The notes under the pieces are model-generated. The model saw only the letters and a list, made by a program, of their open reading frames with translations, did no database searches and was not told the origin of the DNA. From the sequence record PQ464590.1: DNA of 64,000 bases. One strand, 5' to 3'. Each line of letters begins with the position of its first letter. Within the stretch, counting starts at the first letter, position 1. A program made the position numbers and the translations under genes. This document shows positions 27,224-37,205 of this stretch, in pieces.

Positions 27224-27553
27224 CTACAAGATATTAACTGCATCAAAAAATACACACTGTTTCAAACCATTAGAGTCCACAATCCTAACAACCAGTGATG
27301 GCTCACCATAACGAGTAGATTCAACTACTGCATCAACGGTCAGGCCAATGTTCTCTTCAGTGAATAACTTAGTTGGTTTTTTTGCAAAGTACGCTAAATC
27401 TTCTTCCGATAACTCATTCAATCGGTTGAAGTATGTTTCATTTAGAATACAAGGCTTACCTTTCAGTTCTTGTGAAAGGGACTTTGCAATCCCTTTACAC
27501 ATCTGATGCATATCTTCGAACTGCTTGACCTTATTGAGAAGAGTCTTATCCAT
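27224..27553 (-). CDS. hypothetical protein
   Basis: Start MDKTLL. Confidence 0.65.
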   Translation of the reverse strand: MDKTLLNKVKQFEDMHQMCKGIAKSLSQELKGKPCILNETYFNRLNELSEEDLAYFAKKPTKLFTEENIGLTVDAVVESTRYGEPSLVVRIVDSNGLKQCVFFDAVNIL

Positions 27554-27554
27554 C

Positions 27555-27788
27555 TTAGCACATCTGACTAGAGGAAATCCACGCACCTTCATCATCAGAT
27601 AGGCCGAGATCTTCTTTCATCCAATCATCAACTTCAGATGCTGGGTAGTAAGTTGCACCAGCACCGTAAGTGATTTCGAAATCAAAGGTAATGCCATGTT
27701 CGTCAGCAATGATTTCTGCATCCCAAAGTGCACGCTGTGCTTTTTCTTTGAGTGCTTCAATTTTCTTTTTAGCTTCATCTTTAGTCAT
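27555..27788 (-). CDS. small hypothetical protein ending GAWISSSQMC
   Basis: Paralog of 23859..24101; AGGAG RBS. Confidence 0.75.
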   Translation of the reverse strand: MTKDEAKKKIEALKEKAQRALWDAEIIADEHGITFDFEITYGAGATYYPASEVDDWMKEDLGLSDDEGAWISSSQMC

Positions 27789-27799
27789 TGTATTTCTCC

Positions 27800-28735
27800 T
27801 TAGAAATTACCAAATGCTACCTGGTACACTTTCAGTCCAAGTAGTTTACGCCACATTTTTACAACACGGTCACGGTCATCAAATACTTTCACGACACGCT
27901 TACCAGTACCGAAGACGTGCTTCATGTACAGTTCGTATTTCACGATATCATCGCCACGGTTATCATCAGCACCACGCATGTACAGGTGATGATAAGTGAA
28001 TGCATGTTTCTGTAACCACTGTTCTGTCATTTCACGGCAGGTTTCATGACGACCACTCATTACGATGATACGGGTACGCTTGGTATCCATCTCGAACTCG
28101 CTTTGAATAGTGTTCATTACTTCCCAATCGGGGTCATCCAGATACACTTTGCTTTCATCGTACGGAGAACGTTTGTTGCCCATATGAGCAATCGTACCGT
28201 CGATGTCAACGATGATATAACGGAAACCATCAGACGCTTCCAGTACTGGAAACTTGATTTTACTGTAGTAGTAATCGTCTGCCATTTTATCAATGACAGC
28301 TTCAGGTACAGCAGTACTACGCTTGATATTCCAGTCTTTGCAATGATTCACGTACGCGTTGATTGCAAAATACTCATGTACGAAGTCTTTACCCTTTTTG
28401 AATTCTTCAAAGAAGTCTTGTACTTTTACTGTGTACTTGTTAGCAACAGCGTACTCAACCCACTTATCATGAACTTTAGGATTCAGGTTCGTATCAGCAA
28501 CAATAATGTTCCAACCTTTGGATACAGCAACATCAGCAGAAGAGCACTGTACAGTTTGTACGTACGTTTCGTTTGCTTTGTTGAACTTGTAGTTCCAATG
28601 ACCACCAGCCATTGTTGCACGGACATCATCTTGGTTCAGGATGATGGTTTTACTTTTTGATTTCGAAACGAAATCATTGGCCCAACTAGATTTACCGCAT
28701 CCAGGAAGCCCCTTTGTCAGTGTTAGTACTGGCAT
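27800..28735 (-). CDS. pseT: polynucleotide 5'-kinase / 3'-phosphatase
   Basis: GLPGCGKS P-loop, IIVADTNL; HAD DIDGT, SGR, VFDDR. Confidence 0.93.
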   Translation of the reverse strand: MPVLTLTKGLPGCGKSSWANDFVSKSKSKTIILNQDDVRATMAGGHWNYKFNKANETYVQTVQCSSADVAVSKGWNIIVADTNLNPKVHDKWVEYAVANKYTVKVQDFFEEFKKGKDFVHEYFAINAYVNHCKDWNIKRSTAVPEAVIDKMADDYYYSKIKFPVLEASDGFRYIIVDIDGTIAHMGNKRSPYDESKVYLDDPDWEVMNTIQSEFEMDTKRTRIIVMSGRHETCREMTEQWLQKHAFTYHHLYMRGADDNRGDDIVKYELYMKHVFGTGKRVVKVFDDRDRVVKMWRKLLGLKVYQVAFGNF

Positions 28736-28946
28736 TCTTTGTTACCCCATAACGTTTACAGATTTTTGTTAGTACTATTTCGTTCACACGAATACTAGCA
28801 GTGTCTTTTGCTGAACTATAAGTCAACGGTTCCCATTCTAGATTCGCACTATCCATGAAGGATATACATCTGAAGTAATCACTAAGTTTGTTGAATTTGA
28901 CCATTGACATGTCTTGTACAATACTATGACTAATTTCCACTTTCAT
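28692..28946 (-). CDS. hypothetical protein
   Basis: ORF track; GGAG RBS. Confidence 0.6.
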   Translation of the reverse strand: MKVEISHSIVQDMSMVKFNKLSDYFRCISFMDSANLEWEPLTYSSAKDTASIRVNEIVLTKICKRYGVTKNASTNTDKGASWMR

Positions 28947-28961
28947 GATTTTTCTCTCCAG

Positions 28962-29174
28962 TTATTGAATTATAAAAGTACTTTCTGCATCCATCAAACT
29001 AATGTTGAAGAACGCACCTTCATCGATATATAATTCATTGTCAATAATATATGCTTCATCACCAATACTTCTGGCAAGTTCTGCGTACTTATCCCGTACT
29101 GAATTTGGACAAGAAACATGGTAATATGTCTTATCCTTGTACAGTACTTTATTCAATACAATTCTATTACTCAC
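28962..29174 (-). CDS. hypothetical protein
   Basis: ORF track. Confidence 0.6.
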   Translation of the reverse strand: MSNRIVLNKVLYKDKTYYHVSCPNSVRDKYAELARSIGDEAYIIDNELYIDEGAFFNISLMDAESTFIIQ

Positions 29175-29406
29175 GTGCGTATCTTCCTACATCGTAGATT
29201 CTGGGTTTCTTATTTTTGGGTTTACGTTTTTTCTTATAAGCAGTGCTTGAGACTCCGAAAGTATTGGCAATTCTCTTAGCACTCTTTTTAACTCCTTTAT
29301 GGGAGCGTTCATGCTGTAAAGAATCGATTTCTTCCAAAATCCTTCTCTGCTCTTCCGGTGTACGTACTTCACCCTTTTTCAATTGGTACTTCGGTTTGTT
29401 AGCCAT
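29167..29406 (-). CDS. small basic hypothetical protein
   Basis: Lys/Arg-rich; GGAG RBS. Confidence 0.65.
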   Translation of the reverse strand: MANKPKYQLKKGEVRTPEEQRRILEEIDSLQHERSHKGVKKSAKRIANTFGVSSTAYKKKRKPKNKKPRIYDVGRYARE

Positions 29407-29434
29407 GAACTACTCCCTGTTCAGCTATCAAGTG

Positions 29435-30586
29435 TTAGAAATCCGCTAACACTTCTTTCATGTACTTCTGTAATACTTCTTTGTAATCAACTTTCTTCCC
29501 GTTGTACAAAGCAAAAGCTAGACCTTGACGGTTCAACACATTAGGCAACGTTCCTGTTACCGCAGCGGCGAACTCTTTACGGTCCAAATGTTTATGCTTC
29601 TGAACGAAGCTTTCAACATCCGCCTGTAGCTTATTATAGCACATAAAAATGAGATTTTCCATTTTTTTGATTTTTTCTAAGCAATAATTGTCAGTACTGA
29701 ACAATTGTTTCAGGTCATCGGATGCACCCTGCAATACAGCCTCGTATAAGCGAGAATCCACGTTGATACTGTCCTTTGTGAAGTGTAACGCACAATACCA
29801 GTCAGTCTTCACCTTGAACATCGTGCCGTCTTTTAGACGAACTACGAATCCCTCAACATCCTGCATAGAACGGACAGCTTCAATACTTTCCTTCAACGTT
29901 TCACGCATAGGGAATGTCTTATTGATCTTACCATCTTTCGCCAATACAGAACGTTCGTATAGTACTGGGAAACGTTTTTTCAGTTCATCCGCATCAAGAA
30001 GTTCACCCGTAATACGATGACGCAAACTCAGTACTGTCAACTCATCTTTTTGGTACGGTAGAACAATACGAAACTCAGGTGATGTATACTCCAGTGTTAC
30101 TGTATATTGGGCTAAGTCAGCTTCACGTAATGCATCGTACAAAACCGTATCTGCTAGGATCATTGCATTACTATTGTAAGCATGTTCAGAGTGCAAAGAA
30201 CCATTAGATTTCACACGAAGAACACCGTCATTGTCGGTAAAAGTACTGATAACTGAACCGTCAAGTTTATCCATTGCTGAATCAATTTCAGTACTAAGTA
30301 CATCTTTTGGGAACATTACAAATGGATTCTCATACGCGTTGAAAAACTTGTCCATAGTACGGCAAGCACACCGAATTAGAGAACCGTCTTCGCGAATTTC
30401 CCACATCGATCCACGGGCTTCAAGTGCACTATCTGCAAGGAAGTCCGAGTACGATGCTAAGCGGTACGAGAAGATACGATACGTACCACCACCGATACTA
30501 GTGAAGTCTTTGAAGAAAAAGGCTTCATTAGTTTCGCATAGTTTGTTTAGATTAGAATAAATCTGGATGATCGATTCTTGTGCCAT
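29435..30586 (-). CDS. rnlA: RNA ligase 1 (T4 gp63-like)
   Basis: MDKFFN, KLDGSVI, EYTSP, EGFVV, FKVKTDWY; start MAQES. Confidence 0.92.
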   Translation of the reverse strand: MAQESIIQIYSNLNKLCETNEAFFFKDFTSIGGGTYRIFSYRLASYSDFLADSALEARGSMWEIREDGSLIRCACRTMDKFFNAYENPFVMFPKDVLSTEIDSAMDKLDGSVISTFTDNDGVLRVKSNGSLHSEHAYNSNAMILADTVLYDALREADLAQYTVTLEYTSPEFRIVLPYQKDELTVLSLRHRITGELLDADELKKRFPVLYERSVLAKDGKINKTFPMRETLKESIEAVRSMQDVEGFVVRLKDGTMFKVKTDWYCALHFTKDSINVDSRLYEAVLQGASDDLKQLFSTDNYCLEKIKKMENLIFMCYNKLQADVESFVQKHKHLDRKEFAAAVTGTLPNVLNRQGLAFALYNGKKVDYKEVLQKYMKEVLADF

Positions 30587-31217
30587 TTTTATTTGCCTCT
30601 TCAAAAGCTTTTAGAATTCCAGGGAATTCAATTTCTATATCAGTAAAGAAATCATCACGTAGTTTGAACCCTTCAAAGTCCATGTCTAAGTGGTCATAAT
30701 CAATGATACTACAGCGTTTATATGAAATCAAGTACGGTTGCACTTTCTTCATGTACTGGATAGCTTTCAGTACTGCTTCGTACTCAGGTACATCACGTTC
30801 CATCATTAGCTGGAAATGTTCATCCTCTCCTAATGATTCACTAATAACCAAATATGTTTCTTTACTATTTTTATCGTGGATTGTAACTTCATCACTCCAC
30901 GGAACAATAACACCCCAATTACTGTACAATGTACTTTTAGGTACTTGATATGTAGTACTGAAAACTGCTACATTATCATTTATTTCAGAATCATGAATAA
31001 TGTAAGTAATGTCTCCACGTGGCTTAGATGAAGCCATATGTAACTGGAAACGATCTTCAGGATTGCATAGTCCTTCATATACATCAAAATACACATTCTT
31101 TAGTATAGTATTTTTGTCAACTATATCCCGTAAGCCATAACGTTGAACTAGGTTGTGATAACCAAACTTCTGCAATAGTACAGTACTGGCAAGCACATTT
31201 ATAAGATTAGTAATCAT
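30552..31217 (-). CDS. FQ-motif family protein
   Basis: GEDEHFQLMM. Confidence 0.7.
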   Translation of the reverse strand: MITNLINVLASTVLLQKFGYHNLVQRYGLRDIVDKNTILKNVYFDVYEGLCNPEDRFQLHMASSKPRGDITYIIHDSEINDNVAVFSTTYQVPKSTLYSNWGVIVPWSDEVTIHDKNSKETYLVISESLGEDEHFQLMMERDVPEYEAVLKAIQYMKKVQPYLISYKRCSIIDYDHLDMDFEGFKLRDDFFTDIEIEFPGILKAFEEANKNGTRIDHPDLF

Positions 31218-31770
31218 AATCTGGACTCATCCTCTCTTTACAAACATCAAAATATTCTCCAATTGGAAGATTCTGCCATTTGTCGAATGGAATGTTCGTT
31301 CTTAGTTTATAACAATTAGTTTTCATATGGTATCCGATATCCCACATTTCAATTAGTGGTAATGCGTCAGGGATATCCACAATAGTACTACCTTGGAAAT
31401 TAGTTTCTTCGGACATAAATTGACATGGATCATATAGCACTTCTGGATCGTTCAGATTCATCAACAATAGCTGATCCTTTTCAATGCTATAGAACATAAT
31501 TGTCCCTTCACCAGTACTGATCTGGATAGGAGAACTATCAGAATTGAAAAAGAATGCATTCGTGTCGATGTCAATTTGTAGAAACTGTTTTTCATAGTTC
31601 TTTATTGTTAGAATCATATCACTGTAGTTGAATTCGTAATGATGTATATTCTGCCAATCAAAATAATCATTCGGTAAAGAACAGTCATGCTCCATTAGCG
31701 TATTGAAATCGAATTGACGCAGATCACCCATACCACTAATAATCGCATCAATAAAATTCATGTTAGTCAT
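31207..31770 (-). CDS. FQ-motif family protein
   Basis: SEETNFQGSTIVD. Confidence 0.75.
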   Translation of the reverse strand: MTNMNFIDAIISGMGDLRQFDFNTLMEHDCSLPNDYFDWQNIHHYEFNYSDMILTIKNYEKQFLQIDIDTNAFFFNSDSSPIQISTGEGTIMFYSIEKDQLLLMNLNDPEVLYDPCQFMSEETNFQGSTIVDIPDALPLIEMWDIGYHMKTNCYKLRTNIPFDKWQNLPIGEYFDVCKERMSPDYDY

Positions 31771-31783
31771 ATTTGTCTCCTAT

Positions 31784-31811
31784 TAAAAAGCCCAGTTGCA
31801 GTACTGGGCTT
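31784..31811 (-). terminator. intrinsic terminator
   Basis: AAGCCCAGT-ACTGCA-ACTGGGCTT then TTT. Confidence 0.8.
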
Positions 31812-31815
31812 GATT

Positions 31816-32550
31816 TTAGAAATGAACAGAAATCATTGCTAGAAGTTCAGTGTCTTCTGGACGAACATATTTCTGTTTCTTTATTTTGAAATACATTGAA
31901 TCCGCGTCACGAAGATCATAACGTTTCTTCAGGCATCTCGTATAAGCTTGGTTATTCGGATGAACCCATTCATAAATCTGAACACCTTCATCGTTATATC
32001 CCTCAATACTACATCTATTACCATTGTGCTTTAGATAGTTCTTACTACGTTCAGTAAATGTCTTCTCTGCTACACTAGCTGGCTTATCGTACTGATAAGG
32101 CATCTCCGTAAGTCTGAAGTAAAAATACTCTTCATCTTCTGAATAACCTAGTAAGATAGTTTCAGTACTGCTAACTCCGTAGTGTTGCAGACTTCTACTC
32201 TCATTGTCCCAGATGTCATTCAGTACTTCATCGAATACCTCTGACGGTTCAGCATTCGGATTGGAAACTCCTGATACTCTTCTCTCAATAATGGGATCTG
32301 TGTATCTCCTTTCCTCTTGCATTTCACCGTTCATATATAAACTAACAAACTTGTCTTTGTACGTCTTTACAGAGAATTGCGTTCCCTGCACAGGGCTGTA
32401 CACATCTGCTAACATGTTAGCTTGTCCACATTGAACACCATCTGTTGCTCCAGCAGTTGCGTATTCTGCCATGACAGGTGTTAAAGCTTGAAAGTTAGCC
32501 ATGTTTAGCTCGTTAGCTAGTTCTTGGGCAAATTTTATACGATCCAACAT
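31816..32550 (-). CDS. hypothetical protein
   Basis: ORF track; AGGAG RBS. Confidence 0.75.
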   Translation of the reverse strand: MLDRIKFAQELANELNMANFQALTPVMAEYATAGATDGVQCGQANMLADVYSPVQGTQFSVKTYKDKFVSLYMNGEMQEERRYTDPIIERRVSGVSNPNAEPSEVFDEVLNDIWDNESRSLQHYGVSSTETILLGYSEDEEYFYFRLTEMPYQYDKPASVAEKTFTERSKNYLKHNGNRCSIEGYNDEGVQIYEWVHPNNQAYTRCLKKRYDLRDADSMYFKIKKQKYVRPEDTELLAMISVHF

Positions 32551-32580
32551 CGTTCACACTCCTTGTGAATATTACCCTAG

Positions 32581-33117
32581 TTACTCCTTAAAAAAGTGTT
32601 TCAATGCGTTTACTGCACCCGTGAAAATATAATTATGGTTCAGTTCTATAGAACTCAACTGCTTATGTGCTTTGTCTAGTAGTACCATATTATCATGGTC
32701 CGCATTATACAAAGTACTGAACTGGAACATAGCATCTTCTGCATAAATGTCAGGGATATGATATATTTCAGCATCTGATAGTTTCAATACTAAAGTCTCA
32801 CCCTTATCAAACAACGCGTACTTGATGCCATTGTCAGTTCTTTTTGATTCAGTGTTGAATCCCATACTGAAGCTGTACTTTTCTACGATACCATTTGATT
32901 CATGGATTATATTCAAGTACGGACGGTTCGTTGCAGTCTTGATAATAGTGCATATAGGCCGACCATGTTGGTCGTTATATATCCGTACTGTTTCACCACG
33001 TTGTTCATGCTCATAATACAACGTAAATCCTGGTTGTGACCCATTCAGTACTTCAGGATCTTCACCCCGTTCTAATTCATAAAAAATACTTTCAATAAAA
33101 TTCATCTTGAGATTCAT
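32581..33117 (-). CDS. FQ-motif family protein
   Basis: AEDAMFQFSTLY. Confidence 0.75.
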   Translation of the reverse strand: MNLKMNFIESIFYELERGEDPEVLNGSQPGFTLYYEHEQRGETVRIYNDQHGRPICTIIKTATNRPYLNIIHESNGIVEKYSFSMGFNTESKRTDNGIKYALFDKGETLVLKLSDAEIYHIPDIYAEDAMFQFSTLYNADHDNMVLLDKAHKQLSSIELNHNYIFTGAVNALKHFFKE

Positions 33118-33713
33118 TTCAACTCCGGTACATCAGGAATTTGTAAGTCCACAATTGGATATGTGTACGTGAGAATGATCTTGTCGAACTCCCAGTATTC
33201 TTTTGCTTTCTCTACCAGAAGTACATCAATCATTTCGTCCTGAATATACACGTACTCAGTGGGAATGTCAACGACTAATGAAGTCTGGAACATAACTGCT
33301 TCGTCAGACTTGTCAACCATATGTGCATTAGTACTGCCATATCCGTCACTCATCCACGTGAATTTACCAGTGTTCGAAGCACGGATAGTCACGGTATCGT
33401 CAACTAAATCACGAACCATGTTAGTCTCGACATTACGATAATCAGCACGGATTGCTACGGCTGCAACACCAGCCAACTGATATGAGCTAGCATCTTCAGA
33501 GGTTTGTACCAGTACTGTCACTTTCCCATGAATACGTGTTGCTTTGATTTGAAAAGCTGGCTCATCATCGTCATCAAGCCAGCAGTTCTGTTTATACACA
33601 TGATTATCCACATCATTCTCAACGAAACCGAACTGTACTAATTCTTCTGCTGAAGCTTGGTTGACGAACTTAAACATCTTCCACAACTTCTGGATTTGCA
33701 GTACGTGATTCAT
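33114..33713 (-). CDS. FQ-motif family protein
   Basis: DEAVMFQTSLVVD. Confidence 0.75.
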   Translation of the reverse strand: MNHVLQIQKLWKMFKFVNQASAEELVQFGFVENDVDNHVYKQNCWLDDDDEPAFQIKATRIHGKVTVLVQTSEDASSYQLAGVAAVAIRADYRNVETNMVRDLVDDTVTIRASNTGKFTWMSDGYGSTNAHMVDKSDEAVMFQTSLVVDIPTEYVYIQDEMIDVLLVEKAKEYWEFDKIILTYTYPIVDLQIPDVPELK

Positions 33714-33728
33714 ATTTTCTCCTAATTA

Positions 33729-33752
33729 AAAAGGCATCATAACAGATGCCTT
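33729..33752 (-). terminator. intrinsic terminator
   Basis: AAGGCATC-TGTTAT-GATGCCTT then TTT. Confidence 0.75.
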
Positions 33753-34227
33753 AGATATCGTCAAGACCTGGGAGTATAATGTTTACATCGGCATTAAATC
33801 CCATAATCCTACAGTACTTGAATGCTGGATGTGACTCTATACGACGAGCAGTTTGCCAGATTGGTAGAAGCTGTTCGACATCGCACAGTACTGAATTCTG
33901 GAATATCTCTTCTTCAGTGTCTAAACTTACTGTACCTGAATCCGATTGGTTGTAAAAGTAATTCGCATGTTCTAACGGTTCGGTACTACTAAGTGAACAA
34001 AAGAATTCACCAGGTCGCCAATCCAACAACGGGCCGTACTTATATCCGTTGTGTTCTAGACGAATAGACATAGTCCCATATTTTCGTAGTATTAGAATGC
34101 ATGACTTATTACTTACCCCATGTTCGAACGGTCGCCAATCAATTGTATAAGGACCACCCGAATACACAATCCGAGTAGTTCCATCATACGTGCAAGCCAA
34201 TGCATACATCTGGTCGATTACATTCAT
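33751..34227 (-). CDS. FQ-motif family protein
   Basis: TEEEIFQNSVLCD. Confidence 0.75.
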   Translation of the reverse strand: MNVIDQMYALACTYDGTTRIVYSGGPYTIDWRPFEHGVSNKSCILILRKYGTMSIRLEHNGYKYGPLLDWRPGEFFCSLSSTEPLEHANYFYNQSDSGTVSLDTEEEIFQNSVLCDVEQLLPIWQTARRIESHPAFKYCRIMGFNADVNIILPGLDDI

Positions 34228-34412
34228 ATGTCTTTATCTATTAGTCGCTCGTAAAGGAAGTTACCACACACAGTACAGTACGCTTTGATGTAAACATTCA
34301 TCCCGTACTGGCCTACACATGCATGAGAAGTGTAATCACCCTCAACGTGGTCATCACACTTCCGACAGTACTCCCATTCGATTTGATTATTCGGGAGTTT
34401 TTTGTTCGTCAT
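34224..34412 (-). CDS. small zinc-ribbon protein
   Basis: CRKC and CTVC. Confidence 0.55.
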   Translation of the reverse strand: MTNKKLPNNQIEWEYCRKCDDHVEGDYTSHACVGQYGMNVYIKAYCTVCGNFLYERLIDKDI

Positions 34413-34638
34413 CTTTAGAACATTCCTCTGGTGCTTCGTCAAGGATTTGTTTTACCTTCTCCTGAACTTCAGCATCAATAGTACTAGTAAATGCCCAGGA
34501 AATTAGTGCAGCCACAATTGGTGCAAATATCCATAATGCAATGTCTAAACTTGGAAACATAGCATATACGTACTGACCTATCAGTATTACAGCTAATGCC
34601 ACCACGAATAGAAATAAACGAATTAGCGAATATTTCAT
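34387..34638 (-). CDS. small membrane protein
   Basis: Two TM segments. Confidence 0.65.
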   Translation of the reverse strand: MKYSLIRLFLFVVALAVILIGQYVYAMFPSLDIALWIFAPIVAALISWAFTSTIDAEVQEKVKQILDEAPEECSKDDEQKTPE

Positions 34639-34753
34639 GATATCATCCTAGTTATGTTTCCTACAATTACTTCTAGTGGATAGTACTTATCAAGGTACAC
34701 ACCACCAGCAATTCCTAAAATAGTTAGTATTAGTAATGTCCAATTGTTCATGA

Positions 34754-35485
34754 TCACTCCAGAGAATTGTCATTATCCCACTGCGGCTTGATGTGTGGCA
34801 TCGTTTGCCGTGTATAAGGAACAACGTCTTGTAGCATCTTAGGAGTTATCAATGAAGATGTTGGTTCTGGTTTCACACAAAGTGCACGAATAGTATGTAC
34901 TTGTGTATTCAGCATGAACTTCAATGTTTCGTACACAGAACGTTGTGAGAATTGTTCTTTAGCACTCTTGATAAGATCCAAGAAATACGCATCAACTTCA
35001 TCACAGTACTCATGAAGTTTATAATCAGTGAATACACCAGGTGCAGTACTAAGATTATGAACACGGTCAATCAGTTTCACAACTGAACATACTTCACATT
35101 CAGATAACTCACGGAAGTACTTATGATAAGTACGTAGGCCAGGATGGTCAGGCTCTTTGGCAAGACGGTTGCTGTACTGGACAGTTTCAGGGAATAGCTC
35201 CTGAAGCTCCAGAGCCATCTCTGGGTAGTCTTCCAGCAAATCATGGGCGATGATAGCCATGTACACGTCCAGTGGCTTAGTGAGTGATTCATGGAACGTG
35301 AGGGCTAGTGCTAGCATCTCAAGCTGGTGGCTGAACTCTGGAGAACCATCTTTACGCTCATTGCAATGAATCTTCTCCGCATAAGAGATTAGGCGGCGAA
35401 GGGCATAGAAACTTTTATCAGCAAGGGATAGTCCTTCGACAATCCCCAGTACCTTTGTGCGTAGTTTGATAAAATCTGTTTTCAT
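34754..35485 (-). CDS. HD-domain hydrolase, small alarmone hydrolase (SpoT/MESH1)-like
   Basis: H...RKDGSPEFSH, AHDLLED, VKLIDRVHNL. Confidence 0.85.
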   Translation of the reverse strand: MKTDFIKLRTKVLGIVEGLSLADKSFYALRRLISYAEKIHCNERKDGSPEFSHQLEMLALALTFHESLTKPLDVYMAIIAHDLLEDYPEMALELQELFPETVQYSNRLAKEPDHPGLRTYHKYFRELSECEVCSVVKLIDRVHNLSTAPGVFTDYKLHEYCDEVDAYFLDLIKSAKEQFSQRSVYETLKFMLNTQVHTIRALCVKPEPTSSLITPKMLQDVVPYTRQTMPHIKPQWDNDNSLE

Positions 35486-36048
35486 TATTCACCATCCTGG
35501 TCAAGATAGTCTAGAACAATACCGCTACATTTGAAAGTACTGAATAGTGCTTCGTTTGCACGATCAAACGGAGTTAGTACAAATACATCCATTGGGTCAA
35601 TCTCTGGAAGCTTATCTTCAGAAACACCCATGCTGGTTAGTTGAGAGTAAATCTCATCTTTGTACTCTTCGAACTTCTCTGGAGAACGGAAGTCCATAGC
35701 TAGCTGGCAGATTTCCCCATCTTCAGTGCCGAATAAAATACCAAGCTGGGTGTCACATGCAACTTCGCACCAAACACGTTTCTGTAAGGAAGCTTCGAGG
35801 AAGTTCTGTACTGCTAGAACTTTATCGTGGCGAGTACTGTTTACAATCGCATCCATGTTCTTCAACATTTCAATCATGTCAGTACTGTCACAAGTTTCTT
35901 CATATACACCAGCATCGTTCAGAACGTACTGTACACCATCTACATGCATAGCGTACGCGTATTCCTGCTCTTCCTTCTGCTTGCCGCGAACAGGGCGTAG
36001 TGACAGTCCTAGACGCAAATAACGCATATAAGTATTGCTATTGATCAT
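35485..36048 (-). CDS. hypothetical protein
   Basis: ORF track; AGGAG RBS. Confidence 0.75.
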   Translation of the reverse strand: MINSNTYMRYLRLGLSLRPVRGKQKEEQEYAYAMHVDGVQYVLNDAGVYEETCDSTDMIEMLKNMDAIVNSTRHDKVLAVQNFLEASLQKRVWCEVACDTQLGILFGTEDGEICQLAMDFRSPEKFEEYKDEIYSQLTSMGVSEDKLPEIDPMDVFVLTPFDRANEALFSTFKCSGIVLDYLDQDGE

Positions 36049-36304
36049 CGCTTTCTCCTTTGATTTCTATATAGACTTTATTCGATCCTAAGTATGTTAA
36101 CTTGACCGAATCAGATGCGATATCATTATCTGCATCTTTATATTTGATACTCACCAGTTTACCAGTGTATGTGACTTCTGTCAAGAAGCGTTTCGTTTCT
36201 GTATCAAGTTTTTCGATTACGATAACACTCAATACATTACCATGCATCATGTAAGTCTTTTGCTTGATTTGAACATCATTGATTTGGAACATAATAACCC
36301 TCAA
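36038..36304 (-). CDS. hypothetical protein
   Basis: ORF track. Confidence 0.6.
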   Translation of the reverse strand: MRVIMFQINDVQIKQKTYMMHGNVLSVIVIEKLDTETKRFLTEVTYTGKLVSIKYKDADNDIASDSVKLTYLGSNKVYIEIKGESDDQ

Positions 36305-36315
36305 ATTTAAGGTGC

Positions 36316-36348
36316 AAAAAAGCCGTGTACAATACTATACACAGCTTA
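36316..36348 (-). terminator. probable intrinsic terminator
   Basis: GCTGTGTA..TACACGGC imperfect stem followed by TTTTT. Confidence 0.6.
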
Positions 36349-36358
36349 AAGACCTTTG

Positions 36359-36670
36359 TCAATGAACATCCATCGTATAAAGACGTTCATCAATGAATTG
36401 TTGTGCTTGTTCAGCAGTCATCTCTTCTGGAGTTTCTAAGAACTGCATTAGATTAGGAAGTACTTGAAAAAAACTAACAAATGCAAGTACTGTTTCAGTA
36501 TCATAACTGTAACCCATAGGAACTACAGTACTCTTCCATGCACCAGCATGTTTATGTGCCAGTACTGACATCATATTCACACCATCTAATGAAACCCCGA
36601 TGTGACGATACCCAGTACTTTCATTATCATCCCAAAGCATAGTTGGGACTTTCAGTAGCATTTCAGCCAT
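36359..36670 (-). CDS. hypothetical protein
   Basis: ORF track; GAGG RBS. Confidence 0.7.
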   Translation of the reverse strand: MAEMLLKVPTMLWDDNESTGYRHIGVSLDGVNMMSVLAHKHAGAWKSTVVPMGYSYDTETVLAFVSFFQVLPNLMQFLETPEEMTAEQAQQFIDERLYTMDVH

Positions 36671-37205
36671 TTAGTACCTCATAAATTTGATTGAAATCGA
36701 ATTTGTCATATCCAATACACAGTACTAATAGATTTTCTGACATAGCTAAGTACTGACGAAGCTGGGACATTTCCAGCACTAACGATTGTACCATATCCAT
36801 TTCAATAGGCACTATCAACCCCTTCTGGAATACATCTTCTTCAGAATTGAGGTCCACTTCGCAAATCAAATTCTCTACGAAGTCATTGGAGTCCAGGTAA
36901 TTCACAGTACTGTTAGAATAATATGGTACTCTCATTTGATACCAACTATAACAATTCTTACCATACGTAGTACTATTCAGTGTATGATGTGATAATCCCA
37001 GAAACTGACCGTCATTACTAACACCAGAACCGACTATGATATCAAGCATCTCATCACGATCACCATCTGGAGTACGAATTAGTATCCTACGGGTTGAACG
37101 ACCCATCGTTGTAATCTGAATAATGTATCTTTCAGAATATATAGGGGCCGATGGCTGTTCATCCCAGTTTTGTAAAATGTCCAGTACTTTAGCTATGTAA
37201 TTCAC
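36663..37205 (-). CDS. FQ-motif family protein
   Basis: NSEEDVFQKGLIV. Confidence 0.75.
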   Translation of the reverse strand: MNYIAKVLDILQNWDEQPSAPIYSERYIIQITTMGRSTRRILIRTPDGDRDEMLDIIVGSGVSNDGQFLGLSHHTLNSTTYGKNCYSWYQMRVPYYSNSTVNYLDSNDFVENLICEVDLNSEEDVFQKGLIVPIEMDMVQSLVLEMSQLRQYLAMSENLLVLCIGYDKFDFNQIYEVLNG

